The notes under the pieces: model-generated
The model's input: the letters and a program-made list of their open reading frames with translations, nothing else
What the model was told of the DNA's origin: nothing
Databases searched by the model: none
Position numbers and translations under genes: made by a program
Assembly (NCBI GenBank): GCA_965235115.1
Contig: OZ249451.1
Location: 17,174,001-17,238,000, forward strand
Source: Laetmonice hystrix
Taxonomy: Eukaryota
DNA length: 64,000 bases
Direction: 5' to 3'
In this document: one piece after another, positions 36,901-47,978 of the stretch
How positions within the stretch are numbered: position 1 is the first letter of the stretch
Layout: each line of letters begins with the position of its first letter

Positions 36901-38819
36901 AGACCTTTACGAAGTCTAGTAATGTACTGTGCTGAGAACTAGGAACCAGGAGGAATTTTTCCGGTTCTGATGTTCTTCAGAGGTCACGTAAACAACATGG
37001 AGAAAGACACTCAATTTTGGAGTAACCGGTTTATCATTACAGGAAATACAAGATAATATGAAACAAAATACACTACGATGTAAATATTTTTGCCGCTAAC
37101 CCAAACGGAATAATCATAGGCCTGATAATGTATGATCCAGCTTTCAACAAATCTTTCTGCGTCACACGAATATCTTAAGCATCTTTATGAAAAGACCCTT
37201 GGGAAAGTTGAGTTACTCACGAGGCGTATTCTATTACCTCAACAGGACCCATGTACACGACAATGTAATAACTACTATTTGCTGATGTCTGCCGTGTGCG
37301 CATAGCAAGGAAGTCTCTGGCGCTAAGGGTTCGGCCATGAATGGGGCTTGTTTAACATGGATAGTACATGTCGTGAGAACTTTTCTCCCGAGTGGTCCGT
37401 AAAGAAAGAGGGATCAAGAACTTGATTGAGACCCTTGACTTGGTAAACACCAAACGTGTTGACGTTTACTTGGTATTCTCGGGGAAGGCGAACTAAACCT
37501 GAGGAGAATCAACTATATAGACAGCATGTCTCTCCCAGAAAAAAATAGAGGGGGGGGGGAGAGAAAAGAGGAAGAAAGAGGATGGGTCGGCGCCATTGGT
37601 GATAGTATACACAGTCCCTGAGATTTACAAAAGGACATTGAATACAAAAATTGTGTACGACTATAGGTCATAAACGCAAAAGACACAATCCCAGAATCCC
37701 ATGGTGCCGGAGATGATCACGGCATGAGTACGTCCAGGAGAGTTGAGGGTAGCTAAAAATGGAAAGTGACTACAAAAGTAAAACAGGGCCCGGTTCGCAA
37801 TACTAAGATATCTTGCTTAAGCTTAAGCTTAACATTTCTGATTGGCTGATTGTCACACATTTAAGCTGCCTTGCTTAAACCGGTGACAACTAGCCAATCA
37901 GTTGCATTAAGCTTAAGCTTAAGCAAGATGTCTTAGTATCGCGAACCGGGCCCTGGACTTAGTGGCGGCAGATCCAAGTCCTACCGTTTGAAGATCTGGC
38001 GTCTGGATAACACACGATAACACTTTGAGAGCCAACTGATTTGGAACCTTGCCGCAGATTGAGCCCACTGACGGGGTACGGGTTGTATTGCTACAGACAC
38101 GCCACCCTTATCGTCGAGTTACATCCTAACCTCTCCAAGTGGACTGGTGCCTCGCAGTTCTCTACAGTACGGTACTACCGTGGTGTAACTTATACATTTT
38201 GTTTATAACCACTTCCAGGTCGGGGACCAAAGAAAAGGTGTGTTTAACACCTCGAGGGGGGTTGCTAGCCTTTAGAGAGCACCGGAGCTGCTCCCAAACT
38301 TTCACAGAAAAATTGAAAGAAACGGACATTTTTCAACATTCGGAGTGCATTTTCCTGTCGACCAGGAACCTGATACTCATTACTATAATTTGCACCAAAA
38401 CTAACTGAATATCTGAATTAAACGTATGTAAAACATTTTTTTTTAAGTTGCTTCGCCTATAATGATTCATGAGCGTTTCGTTTTGGATCGATATTTTGAC
38501 ATTCATGTCGATTTATCGTAGCAAAAAACAAAATATCGTGATGCACCGATATATCGATTAATCGTTTCGGTCCTAGTATTTCACTCGTTTCTGATGGGCT
38601 AATAACATCTCCATTAATACATCTACAAGCCTCAGTCTTAATAAACAAGGAAAACATATAAAACGATTTTAGCTGATACCAGACATGAAGATAACCCATG
38701 ATTGCACTATACGTATACGTACCTGTTGACGAGTCGGCCGTGTCAATTTGTCTAATGGTCGCCAGAAGAAGGCATGACAACGGTATCAGAATCCTATATT
38801 TAACCGGCTGGCGCTGCAT
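27549..38819 (-). CDS. Multi-pass membrane receptor-like protein: SP-CUB-LDLa x3-EGF x2-beta-helix-like repeats-Cys-rich-about 9-10 TM; 10 exons, about 1557 aa
   Basis: Exons 38819-38723, 36605-36353, 35802-35609, 35393-35262, 35002-34898, 34151-34041, 32188-32072, 31833-31717, 31197-31098, 30996-27549. All GT-AG and phase-compatible; total 4674 nt = 1557 aa + stop. Confidence 0.82.
31098..31197 (-). CDS. Receptor exon 9 (cap motif of the beta-helix-like region)
   Basis: RTVWLNGNKGVDSTSCGSYSSPCQTL, donor |GTAATT. Confidence 0.75.
31717..31833 (-). CDS. Receptor exon 8 (EGF)
   Basis: DCLGKSCLNGAKCFDGVGTCYRACQAGFYGAECET, phase 1-1. Confidence 0.8.
32072..32188 (-). CDS. Receptor exon 7 (EGF)
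   Basis: YCSELPCKNGGTC...FSCQCLQGWGGKNC, phase 1-1. Confidence 0.85.
32304..32800. mobile_element. Possible Helentron-associated (HINE/DINE-like) non-autonomous element
   Basis: TTTTTAGC start, short subterminal palindrome, GTCC/CGTC-rich microsatellite, AAAATGGC..C.TGGCGGCCAT motifs. Confidence 0.4.
34041..34151 (-). CDS. Receptor exon 6 (LDLa)
   Basis: YMCADKK...LCNGMEDCPGGDDEGPEVGCS, donor |GTAAG. Confidence 0.8.
34898..35002 (-). CDS. Receptor exon 5 (LDLa)
   Basis: YFHCADQIQSVRKCRVCNRICDCTDCSEEDRSIC; acceptor TTTCATAG|, donor |GTGAGT. Confidence 0.75.
35262..35393 (-). CDS. Receptor exon 4 (LDLa)
   Basis: FCCNNG...LCNGKDNCGDGSDEDEKVGC, phase 1-1. Confidence 0.8.
35609..35802 (-). CDS. 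Receptor exon 3 (CUB, C-terminal part)
   Basis: RFCGEGKP...VTLLFTSDSDVEYQGFEIT. Confidence 0.85.
36030..36200. mobile_element. MITE (AGCCAGGAATCCAT TIR family), copy 1
   Basis: AGCCAGGAATCCAT ... ATGGATTCCTGGCT. Confidence 0.78.
36353..36605 (-). CDS. Receptor exon 2 (CUB, N-terminal part)
   Basis: CGGVIQL...YPPYANCTWII...SFCYFELE...CLDSLEVR. Confidence 0.85.
36633..36787. mobile_element. MITE (AGCCAGGAATC TIR family), copy 2, Harbinger-like
   Basis: TIR AGCCAGGAATC/GATTCCTGGCT; TSD TAA at 36630-36632 and 36788-36790. Confidence 0.8.
37787..37952. mobile_element. MITE, PIF/Harbinger-like
   Basis: TIR GGCCCGGTTCGC.ATACTAAGA.ATCTTGCTTAAGCTTAAGC, flanked by CAG/CTG. Confidence 0.8.
38723..38819 (-). 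CDS. Receptor exon 1 (signal peptide)
   Basis: MQRQPVKYRILIPLSCLLLATIRQIDTADSST, phase-1 donor |GTACGT. Confidence 0.65.
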
Positions 38820-40082
38820 GGTGCCGAGGTGTCAGGGCTGGAGGTCCAGAGATGAGTCCGTGGAAAGTGTGCAGTTCATCCTGTGTTATGTCCAGCTCTC
38901 CCGATCACTCTCATGTTGCTGTCATTCACGTAGGCGGTTCTGTGTTTGCTGTTCTCAGCGCTGAGCTGTGATTGCTCTCTCGCTCTCTGTTTGTCTCCCA
39001 AACACAGCGTACACATATAGTGGGTAACATTAAAAAACGCACAATATTGAAGTTGTTGGTAAACTGGGGTTGAACTGACACAGCATGCTACGGGTACAGC
39101 CACTCGTGAAGTTGCATAATCACCTGACAATGGCGTCCCGATTGAATGATTATGAAAAGACCCAGCCAGACAGACCCCATGGTCTGCAGTCCAAATTCCC
39201 CGACTACTCAGTCGGTCTGTCGTATGCCCCACCATGCCACTCTGAACCGGATCCGATAGGTATTGAGAGGCTACCCAGCGGGTTTTTTTTAATGAATGAA
39301 GCGACACCACTCGTTATTTGCTTTTGATCCACCTAGCGGTTTTTCTCAAATGAAATCTTGGCACCTGTAGGCCTAACTATTAACGGCACCTGTGATGGAT
39401 CTCTTCCGTGTTGTAATACCAGTTAACACATGGGCGGGGGTCATTGTAACGTTGGGTGGTTTTATCTCTGCCACTGCTTGACTTATACCCCCCACCCCAC
39501 CCCGATGCACAATTCCAGGAGCTTCAAACAGACACCCAGGGGGGTTACAGAAACCCAGCCCCCCCCCCCCCACGGCACGGCCCTGCCATTGGATTCATTA
39601 GCACCCCTGCTGGGTTTATGGCTGTTCCGTCCTTTTTATACTCCCCCTGCCCCTTTAAGTACTGAAGTGTAACACTCGCAATCTTCATATAACCTGTAAA
39701 ATATGCAGCGTCAGAGGAGATAGACCCAAACCTCTACTGTTCTTATGTTTAGAGAAGATGTAGGCCTACCACTTGCTCTGCCCACATAGATTCCAGTTCT
39801 AACGACCGCATCACCTATTTTTGGAGTTTGTCTCATGAATACAAGAGCCAAAACTCAGTTCTTGCAGGCAGGCGACCACAGCTATGAAAACGCATTGAGT
39901 GAAATGCACGGTACCGCATATTTCCATTTCCGGTCTAAATGTAGGCGTCAAATGTATTTTTCACTTTAGGCTATATCAGTTAAGTACTAAAGTGTGACAC
40001 TTCCAATCTTTAGGGAGAATCGATAACATAAGCAAAGGTGGAGTAGCCATTAACCTAATAGATAGGATTGACTAAATAAATA

Positions 40083-40164
40083 GCAGTCGTCGCCGAGTGG
40101 TTAAGGCGATTGACTCGAAATCAATTGGGCTCTGCCCGCGAAGGTTCGAATCCTATCGACTGCG
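40083..40164 (+). tRNA. tRNA-Ser: tRNA-Ser(CGA), degenerate edge copy, probable pseudogene
   Basis: 82 nt; substitutions near the A box (GTC instead of GTG) and in the T stem (GAAGG/CCTAT). Confidence 0.75.
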
Positions 40165-40420
40165 TGTATTTCTCTTTTAATTGCATTTTATTCCTTCATT
40201 CCTAACTCTTGGCTTACAGACGGGAAAGAAACGGGTGACGGGTCCTATCTAAGTTAGTCTTTCGCTTTATATTAATTAACGTGTTTTGCCTTAGGCACAC
40301 AAAACACCAACAGTATGAGGAAACGACACATACTAGATTCTATACCAGCAGCAAACTTAGAGACGGACTGGAAGGGATTTGAACGGAATATTTAGTGAAA
40401 GCCTGCTTAGCTAATTGGTG

Positions 40421-40502
40421 GCAGTCGTGGCCGAGTGGTTAAGGCGATTGACTCGAAATCAATTGGGCTCTGCCCGCGTAGGTTCGAATCCTACCGGCTG
40501 CG
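40421..40502 (+). tRNA. tRNA-Ser: tRNA-Ser(CGA)
   Basis: 82-nt cloverleaf, loop CT-CGA-AA, long variable arm. Confidence 0.93.
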
Positions 40503-41023
40503 TCATTCTTTTTAAGCTTGTTCCGAAGGCATGTCCACTAACAGATTTTGTCCAGAAATACCCCTGGAGTAGTGCGTACACATTATGATATCGATAGAGT
40601 TGTCTAAGATAAATGATATGTCTACGCGTTTCTAGCCGTCATTGTGAGCGAGTATAATAACTTGGTAGTCAATAGAGACCGAGAGTCAGGACGGAAAGCA
40701 ACGGTAACGTAAACGTCAGAGTCGATACATTTGTGTGTAGTACGTCATCACTTGCTCATTACTACAAGGGGCCTTGTAATAACATTGAGCGTACGTCCTT
40801 GACGTGTTAAAACCGAACTGTGCGTGCATGACGTACTCATAGTCTTCCTATTGGATTTCATAGCCGGTATAATGTCTAGACCATTCTGAACTGAGTAGTG
40901 TCACTGAGTGAGTGTCCAGAACCAGGCAATGTCCAGTGAGTCTGAGATCGAGGCGGGGAGCCCTCGCCTTACAATTATGGTCAATGACGTCATTGGGCTC
41001 AATATTGGTCAGGAGACAACGTA

Positions 41024-41121
41024 GCAGTCGTGGCCGAGTCACTCTGTGGCCGAGTGGTTAAGGCGATTGACTAGAAATCAATTGGGCTCTGCCCGCGTAG
41101 GTTCGAATCCTACCGACTGCG
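41024..41121 (+). tRNA. tRNA-Ser: tRNA-Ser(AGA) with a 16-nt insertion in the D arm (probable pseudogene)
   Basis: GCAGTC-GTGGCCGAGT-CACTCT-GTGGCCGAGT-GG... Confidence 0.8.
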
Positions 41122-41472
41122 TTTATTTTGTTAAAACGTTCATTTGGAAAAATTATCTTTGTTTCAATTAAGTCTGGATTTACCGTAGAAAAGGACCCGC
41201 GCCCGGCCCCTGGGCCCCACCTAGATCTGCCTCTGCAAATCCCAGTTCCTGCAGGGAGGCGACCAAAGCTATAAAAGCGCACTGAGTGAAATGCACGGGT
41301 ACCGCACATTTCCATTTCCAGTCTAAATGTAGGCGTCAAATAATGGATTTTTCACTTTAGGCTATATCAGTTAAGTACTAAAGTGTAACACTTCCAATCT
41401 TTAGGGAGAATTGATAACATAAGCAAAGGTGCAGTAGCCATTAACCTATGGGTAGAATTGCCTGCATAAATA

Positions 41473-41554
41473 GCAGTCGTGGCCGAGTGGTTAAGGCGAT
41501 TGACTAGAAATCAATTGGGCTCTGCCCGCGTAGGTTCGAATCCTACCGACTGCG
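41473..41554 (+). tRNA. tRNA-Ser: tRNA-Ser(AGA)
   Basis: 82-nt cloverleaf, loop CT-AGA-AA, discriminator G, downstream T-run. Confidence 0.95.
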
Positions 41555-41683
41555 TGTATTTTGCTTTTAATTGCATTTTATTCCTTCATTCCTAACTCTA
41601 GACTTACAGACCGAAAAGAAACAGGTTGTCAGGACGGAAAGCAGCGGTAACGTAACGTAAACAATTGGTCAACAGACAACGTA

Positions 41684-41765
41684 GCAGTCGTGGCCGAGTG
41701 GTTAAGGCGATTGACTAGAAATCAATTGGGCTCTGCCCGCGTAGGTTCGAATCCTACCGACTGCG
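41684..41765 (+). tRNA. tRNA-Ser: tRNA-Ser(AGA)
   Basis: Same 82-nt gene. Confidence 0.95.
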
Positions 41766-42023
41766 TTGCTTTTGTTCAAACGTTCATTTGGAAAAATTAT
41801 ATTTGTTTCATTTTAGTCTGGATTTACCGTAGCAAAAGCGCCGAGCTTACCTAAGTTGGTCTTTCGCTTTATATTAATTAACGTGTTTGGCCTTAGGCAC
41901 ACAAAAACGCCAACAGTATGAGGAAACGGCACATACCAGATTCTATACCAGCAGCAAACTTAGAGACGGACTGGATGGGATTTGAACGGAATATTTAGTG
42001 AAAGCCTGCTTAGCTAATCAGTG

Positions 42024-42105
42024 GCAGTCGTGGCCGAGTGGTTAAGGCGATTGACTCGAAATCAATTGGGCTCTGCCCGCGTAGGTTCGAATCCTACCGG
42101 CTGCG
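42024..42105 (+). tRNA. tRNA-Ser: tRNA-Ser(CGA)
   Basis: 82-nt gene, anticodon CGA. Confidence 0.93.
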
Positions 42106-42580
42106 TTATTCTTTTTAAGCTTGTTCCGAAGGCCTGCGCACTCACGGATTTTGTCCAGAAATACCCCTGGAGTAGTGCGGACACATTATGATATCCATAA
42201 AGTTGTCTAAGCTATATATTATAGGTTGTCAGCGAGTATAATAACTTGGTAGTCAGTAGAGACCGAGAGTCAGGGCGGACAGCAGCGATAACGTAAACGT
42301 CAGAGTCGATACATTTGTGTGTAGTACGTCATCACTTGCTCATTACTACAAGGGGCCTTGTAATAACATTGAACGTACGTCCTTGACGTGTTAAAACCGA
42401 ACTGTGCGTGCATGACGTACTCATAGTCTTCCTATTGGATTTCATAGCCGGTATAATGTCTAGACCATTCTGAACTGAGTAGTGTCACTGAGTGAGTGTC
42501 CAGTGTCTTGAGGGAGAATTGATAACATAAGCAAAGGTGCAGTAGCCATTAACCTATGGGTAGAATTGCCTGCATAAATA

Positions 42581-42662
42581 GCAGTCGTGGCCGAGTGGTT
42601 AAGGCGATTGACTAGAAATCAATTGGGCTCTGCCCGCGTAGGTTCGAATCCTACCGACTGCG
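42581..42662 (+). tRNA. tRNA-Ser: tRNA-Ser(AGA)
   Basis: 82-nt gene. Confidence 0.95.
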
Positions 42663-42791
42663 TGTATTTTGCTTTTAATTGCATTTTATTCCTTCATTCC
42701 TAACTCTAGACTTACAGACCGGAAAGAAACAGGTTGTCAGGACGGAAAGCAGCGGTAACGTAACGTAAACAATTGGTCAACAGACAACGTA

Positions 42792-42873
42792 GCAGTCGTG
42801 GCCGAGTGGTTAAGGCGATTGACTAGAAATCAATTGGGCTCTGCCCGCGTAGGTTCGAATCCTACCGACTGCG
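42792..42873 (+). tRNA. tRNA-Ser: tRNA-Ser(AGA)
   Basis: 82-nt gene. Confidence 0.95.
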
Positions 42874-43131
42874 TTGCTTTTGTTCAAACGTTCATTTGGA
42901 AAAATTATATTTGTTTCATTTTAGTCTGGATTTACCGTAGCAAAAGCGCCGAGCTTACCTAAGTTGGTCTTTCGCTTTATATTAATTAACGTGTTTGGCC
43001 TTAGGCACACAAAAACGCCAACAGTATGAGGAAACGGCACATACCAGATTCTATACCAGCAGCAAACTTAGAGACGGACTGGATGGGATTTGAACGGAAT
43101 ATTTAGTGAAAGCCTGCTTAGCTAATCAGTG

Positions 43132-43213
43132 GCAGTCGTGGCCGAGTGGTTAAGGCGATTGACTCGAAATCAATTGGGCTCTGCCCGCGTAGGTTCGAAT
43201 CCTACCGGCTGCG
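43132..43213 (+). tRNA. tRNA-Ser: tRNA-Ser(CGA)
   Basis: 82-nt gene. Confidence 0.93.
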
Positions 43214-43715
43214 TTATTCTTTTTAAGCTTGTTCCGAAGGCCTGCGCACTCACGGATTTTGTCCAGAAATACCCCTGGAGTAGTGCGGACACATTATGAT
43301 ATCCATAAAGTTGTCTAAGCTATAAATTATAGGTTGTCAGCGAGTATAATAACTTGGTAGTCAGTAGAGACCGAGAGTCAGGGCGGACAGCAGCGATAAC
43401 GTAAACGTCAGAGTCGATACATTTGTGTGTAGTACGTCATCACTTGCTCATTACTACAAGGGGCCTTGTAATAACATTGAACGTACGTCCTTGACGTGTT
43501 AAAACCGAACTGTGCGTGCATGACGTACTCATAGTCTTCCTATTGGATTTCATAGCCGGTATAATGTCTAGACCATTCTGAACTGAGTAGTGTCACTGAG
43601 TGAGTGTCCAGAACCAGGCAATGTCCAGTGAGTCTGAGATCGAGGCGGGGAGCCCTCGCCTTACAATTATGGTCAATGACGTCATTGGGCTCAATATTGG
43701 TCAGGAGACAATGTA

Positions 43716-43797
43716 GCAGTCGTGGCCGAGTGGTTAAGGCGATTGACTAGAAATCAATTGGGCTCTGCCCGCGTAGGTTCGAATCCTACCGACTGCG
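43716..43797 (+). tRNA. tRNA-Ser: tRNA-Ser(AGA)
   Basis: 82-nt gene. Confidence 0.95.
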
Positions 43798-44147
43798 TTT
43801 ATTTTGTTAAAACGTTCATTTGGAAAAATTATGTTTGTTTCAATTAAGTCTGGATTTACCGTAGAAGGGACCCGCGCCCGGCCCCTGGGCCCCACCTAGA
43901 TCTGCCTCTGCAAATCCCAGTTCCTGCAGGGAGGCGACCAAAGCTATAAAAGCGCACTGAGTGAAATGCACGGGTACCGCACATTTCCATTTCCAGTCTA
44001 AATGTAGGCGTCAAATAATGGATTTTTCATTTTAGGCTAGATCAGTTAAGTACTAAAGTGTAACACTTCCAATCTTTAGGGAGAATTGATAACATAAGCA
44101 AAGGTGCAGTAGCCATTAACCTATGGGTAGAATTGCCTGCATAAATA

Positions 44148-44229
44148 GCAGTCGTGGCCGAGTGGTTAAGGCGATTGACTAGAAATCAATTGGGCTCTGC
44201 CCGCGTAGGTTCGAATCCTACCGACTGCG
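44148..44229 (+). tRNA. tRNA-Ser: tRNA-Ser(AGA)
   Basis: 82-nt gene. Confidence 0.95.
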
Positions 44230-44358
44230 TGTATTTTGCTTTTAATTGCATTTTATTCCTTCATTCCTAACTCTAGACTTACAGACCGGAAAGAAACAGG
44301 TTGTCAGGACGGAAAGCAGCGGTAACGTAACGTAAACAATTGGTTAACAGACAACGTA

Positions 44359-44440
44359 GCAGTCGTGGCCGAGTGGTTAAGGCGATTGACTAGAAATCAA
44401 TTGGGCTCTGCCCGCGTAGGTTCGAATCCTACCGACTGCG
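44359..44440 (+). tRNA. tRNA-Ser: tRNA-Ser(AGA)
   Basis: 82-nt gene. Confidence 0.95.
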
Positions 44441-44698
44441 TTGCTTTTGTTCAAACGTTCATTTGGAAAAATTATATTTGTTTCATTTTAGTCTGGATTT
44501 ACCGTAGCAAAAGCGCCGAGCTTACCTAAGTTGGTCTTTCGCTTTATATTAATTAACGTGTTTGGCCTTAGGCACACAAAAACGCCAACAGTATGAGGAA
44601 ACGGCACATACCAGATTCTATACCAGCAGCAAACTTAGAGACGGACTGGATGGGATTTGAACGGAATATTTAGTGAGAGCCGGGTAGCTTAATCACTG

Positions 44699-44780
44699 GC
44701 AGTCGTGGCCGAGTGGTTAAGGCGATTGACTCGAAATCAATTGGGCTCTGCCCGCGTAGGTTCGAATCCTACCGGCTGCG
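44699..44780 (+). tRNA. tRNA-Ser: tRNA-Ser(CGA)
   Basis: 82-nt gene. Confidence 0.93.
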
Positions 44781-45255
44781 TTATTCTTTTTAAGCTTGTT
44801 CCGAAGGCCTGCGCACTCACGGATTTTGTCCAGAAATACCCCTGGAGTAGTGCGGACACATTATGATATCCATAAAGTTGTCTAAGCTATAAATTATAGG
44901 TTGTCAGCGAGTATAATAACTTGGTAGTCAGTAGAGACCGAGAGTCAGGGCGGACAGCAGCGATAACGTAAACGTCAGAGTCGATACATTTGTGTGTAGT
45001 ACGTCATCACTTGCTCATTACTACAAGGGGCCTTGTAATAACATTGAACGTACGTCCTTGACGTGTTAAAACCGAACTGTGCGTGCATGACGTACTCATA
45101 GTCTTCCTATTGGATTTCATAGCCGGTATAATGTCTAGACCATTCTGAACTGAGTAGTGTCACTGAGTGAGTGTCCAGTGTCTTGAGGGAGAATTGATAA
45201 CATAAGCAAAGGTGCAGTAGCCATTAACCTATGGGTAGAATTGCCTGCATAAATA

Positions 45256-45337
45256 GCAGTCGTGGCCGAGTGGTTAAGGCGATTGACTAGAAATCAATTG
45301 GGCTCTGCCCGCGTAGGTTCGAATCCTACCGACTGCG
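45256..45337 (+). tRNA. tRNA-Ser: tRNA-Ser(AGA)
   Basis: 82-nt gene. Confidence 0.95.
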
Positions 45338-45466
45338 TGTATTTTGCTTTTAATTGCATTTTATTCCTTCATTCCTAACTCTAGACTTACAGACCGGAAA
45401 GAAACAGGTTGTCAGGACGGAAAGCAGCGGTAACGTAACGTAAACAATTGGTCAACAGACAACGTA

Positions 45467-45548
45467 GCAGTCGTGGCCGAGTGGTTAAGGCGATTGACTA
45501 GAAATCAATTGGGCTCTGCCCGCGTAGGTTCGAATCCTACCGACTGCG
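45467..45548 (+). tRNA. tRNA-Ser: tRNA-Ser(AGA)
   Basis: 82-nt gene. Confidence 0.95.
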
Positions 45549-45806
45549 TTGCTTTTGTTCAAACGTTCATTTGGAAAAATTATATTTGTTTCATTTTAGT
45601 CTGGATTTACCGTAGCAAAAGCGCCGAGCTTACCTAAGTTGGTCTTTCGCTTTATATTAATTAACGTGTTTGGCCTTAGGCACACAAAAACGCCAACAGT
45701 ATGAGGAAACGGCACATACCAGATTCTATACCAGCAGCAAACTTAGAGACGGACTGGATGGGATTTGAACGGAATATTTAGTGAAAGCCTGCTTAGCTAA
45801 TCAGTG

Positions 45807-45888
45807 GCAGTCGTGGCCGAGTGGTTAAGGCGATTGACTCGAAATCAATTGGGCTCTGCCCGCGTAGGTTCGAATCCTACCGGCTGCG
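45807..45888 (+). tRNA. tRNA-Ser: tRNA-Ser(CGA)
   Basis: 82-nt gene. Confidence 0.93.
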
Positions 45889-46390
45889 TTATTCTTTTTA
45901 AGCTTGTTCCGAAGGCCTGCGCACTCACGGATTTTGTCCAGAAATACCCCTGGAGTAGTGCGGACACATTATGATATCCATAAAGTTGTCTAAGCTATAA
46001 ATTATAGGTTGTCAGCGAGTATAATAACTTGGTAGTCAGTAGAGACCGAGAGTCAGGGCGGACAGCAGCGATAACGTAAACGTCAGAGTCGATACATTTG
46101 TGTGTAGTACGTCATCACTTGCTCATTACTACAAGGGGCCTTGTAATAACATTGAACGTACGTCCTTGACGTGTTAAAACCGAACTGTGCGTGCATGACG
46201 TACTCATAGTCTTCCTATTGGATTTCATAGCCGGTATAATGTCTAGACCATTCTGAACTGAGTAGTGTCACTGAGTGAGTGTCCAGAACCAGGCAATGTC
46301 CAGTGAGTCTGAGATCGAGGCGGGGAGCCCTCGCCTTACAATTATGGCCAATGACGTCATTGGGCTCAATATTGGTCAGGAGACAATGTA

Positions 46391-46472
46391 GCAGTCGTGG
46401 CCGAGTGGTTAAGGCGATTGACTAGAAATCAATTGGGCTCTGCCCGCGTAGGTTCGAATCCTACCGACTGCG
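46391..46472 (+). tRNA. tRNA-Ser: tRNA-Ser(AGA)
   Basis: 82-nt gene. Confidence 0.95.
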
Positions 46473-46822
46473 TTTATTTTGTTAAAACGTTCATTTGGAA
46501 AAATTATGTTTGTTTCAATTAAGTCTGGATTTACCGTAGAAGGGACCCGCGCCCGGCCCCTGGGCCCCACCTAGATCTGCCTCTGCAAATCCCAGTTCCT
46601 GCAGGGAGGCGACCAAAGCTATAAAAGCGCACTGAGTGAAATGCACGGGTACCGCACATTTCCATTTCCAGTCTAAATGTAGGCGTCAAATAATGGATTT
46701 TTCATTTTAGGCTAGATCAGTTAAGTACTAAAGTGTAACACTTCCAATCTTTAGGGAGAATTGATAACATAAGCAAAGGTGCAGTAGCCATTAACCTATG
46801 GGTAGAATTGCCTGCATAAATA

Positions 46823-46904
46823 GCAGTCGTGGCCGAGTGGTTAAGGCGATTGACTAGAAATCAATTGGGCTCTGCCCGCGTAGGTTCGAATCCTACCGAC
46901 TGCG
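46823..46904 (+). tRNA. tRNA-Ser: tRNA-Ser(AGA)
   Basis: 82-nt gene. Confidence 0.95.
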
Positions 46905-47033
46905 TGTATTTTGCTTTTAATTGCATTTTATTCCTTCATTCCTAACTCTAGACTTACAGACCGGAAAGAAACAGGTTGTCAGGACGGAAAGCAGCGGTAA
47001 CGTAACGTAAACAATTGGTTAACAGACAACGTA

Positions 47034-47115
47034 GCAGTCGTGGCCGAGTGGTTAAGGCGATTGACTAGAAATCAATTGGGCTCTGCCCGCGTAGGTTCGA
47101 ATCCTACCGACTGCG
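47034..47115 (+). tRNA. tRNA-Ser: tRNA-Ser(AGA)
   Basis: 82-nt gene. Confidence 0.95.
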
Positions 47116-47373
47116 TTGCTTTTGTTCAAACGTTCATTTGGAAAAATTATATTTGTTTCATTTTAGTCTGGATTTACCGTAGCAAAAGCGCCGAGCTTAC
47201 CTAAGTTGGTCTTTCGCTTTATATTAATTAACGTGTTTGGCCTTAGGCACACAAAAACGCCAACAGTATGAGGAAACGGCACATACCAGATTCTATACCA
47301 GCAGCAAACTTAGAGACGGACTGGATGGGATTTGAACGGAATATTTAGTGAGAGCCGGGTAGCTTAATCACTG

Positions 47374-47455
47374 GCAGTCGTGGCCGAGTGGTTAAGGCGA
47401 TTGACTCGAAATCAATTGGGCTCTGCCCGCGTAGGTTCGAATCCTACCGGCTGCG
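47374..47455 (+). tRNA. tRNA-Ser: tRNA-Ser(CGA)
   Basis: 82-nt gene. Confidence 0.93.
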
Positions 47456-47978
47456 TTATTCTTTTTAAGCTTGTTCCGAAGGCCTGCCCACTCACGGATT
47501 TTGTCCAAAAATACCCCTGGAGTAGTGCGTACACATTATGATATCGATAGAGTTGTCTAAGAGAAATGATAGGTCTACGCGTTTCGAGCTGTCATTGTCA
47601 GCGAGTATAATAACTTGGTAGTCAGTATAGAGATCGGGAGTCAGGACGGAAAGCAGCGGTAACGTAAACGTCAGAGTCGATACATTTGTGTGTAGTACGT
47701 CATCACTTGCTCATTACTACAAGGGGCCTTGTAATAACATTGAGCGTACGTCCTTGACGTGTTAAAACCGAACTGTGCGTGCATGACGTACTCATAGTCT
47801 TCCTATTGGATTTCATAGCCGGTATAATGTCTAGACCATTCTGAACTGAGTAGTGTCACTGAGTGAGTGTCCAGAACCAGGCAATGTCCAGTGAGTCTGA
47901 GATCGAGGCGGGGAGCCCTCGCCTTACAATTATGGTCAATGACGTCATTGGGCTCAATATTGGTCAGGAGACAACGTA

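Noticed and set aside
37221-37498. Possible extra receptor exon (good acceptor at 37499, GTGAGT donor at 37220)
   Set aside because: All three frames contain stops and the length (278 nt) breaks phase.
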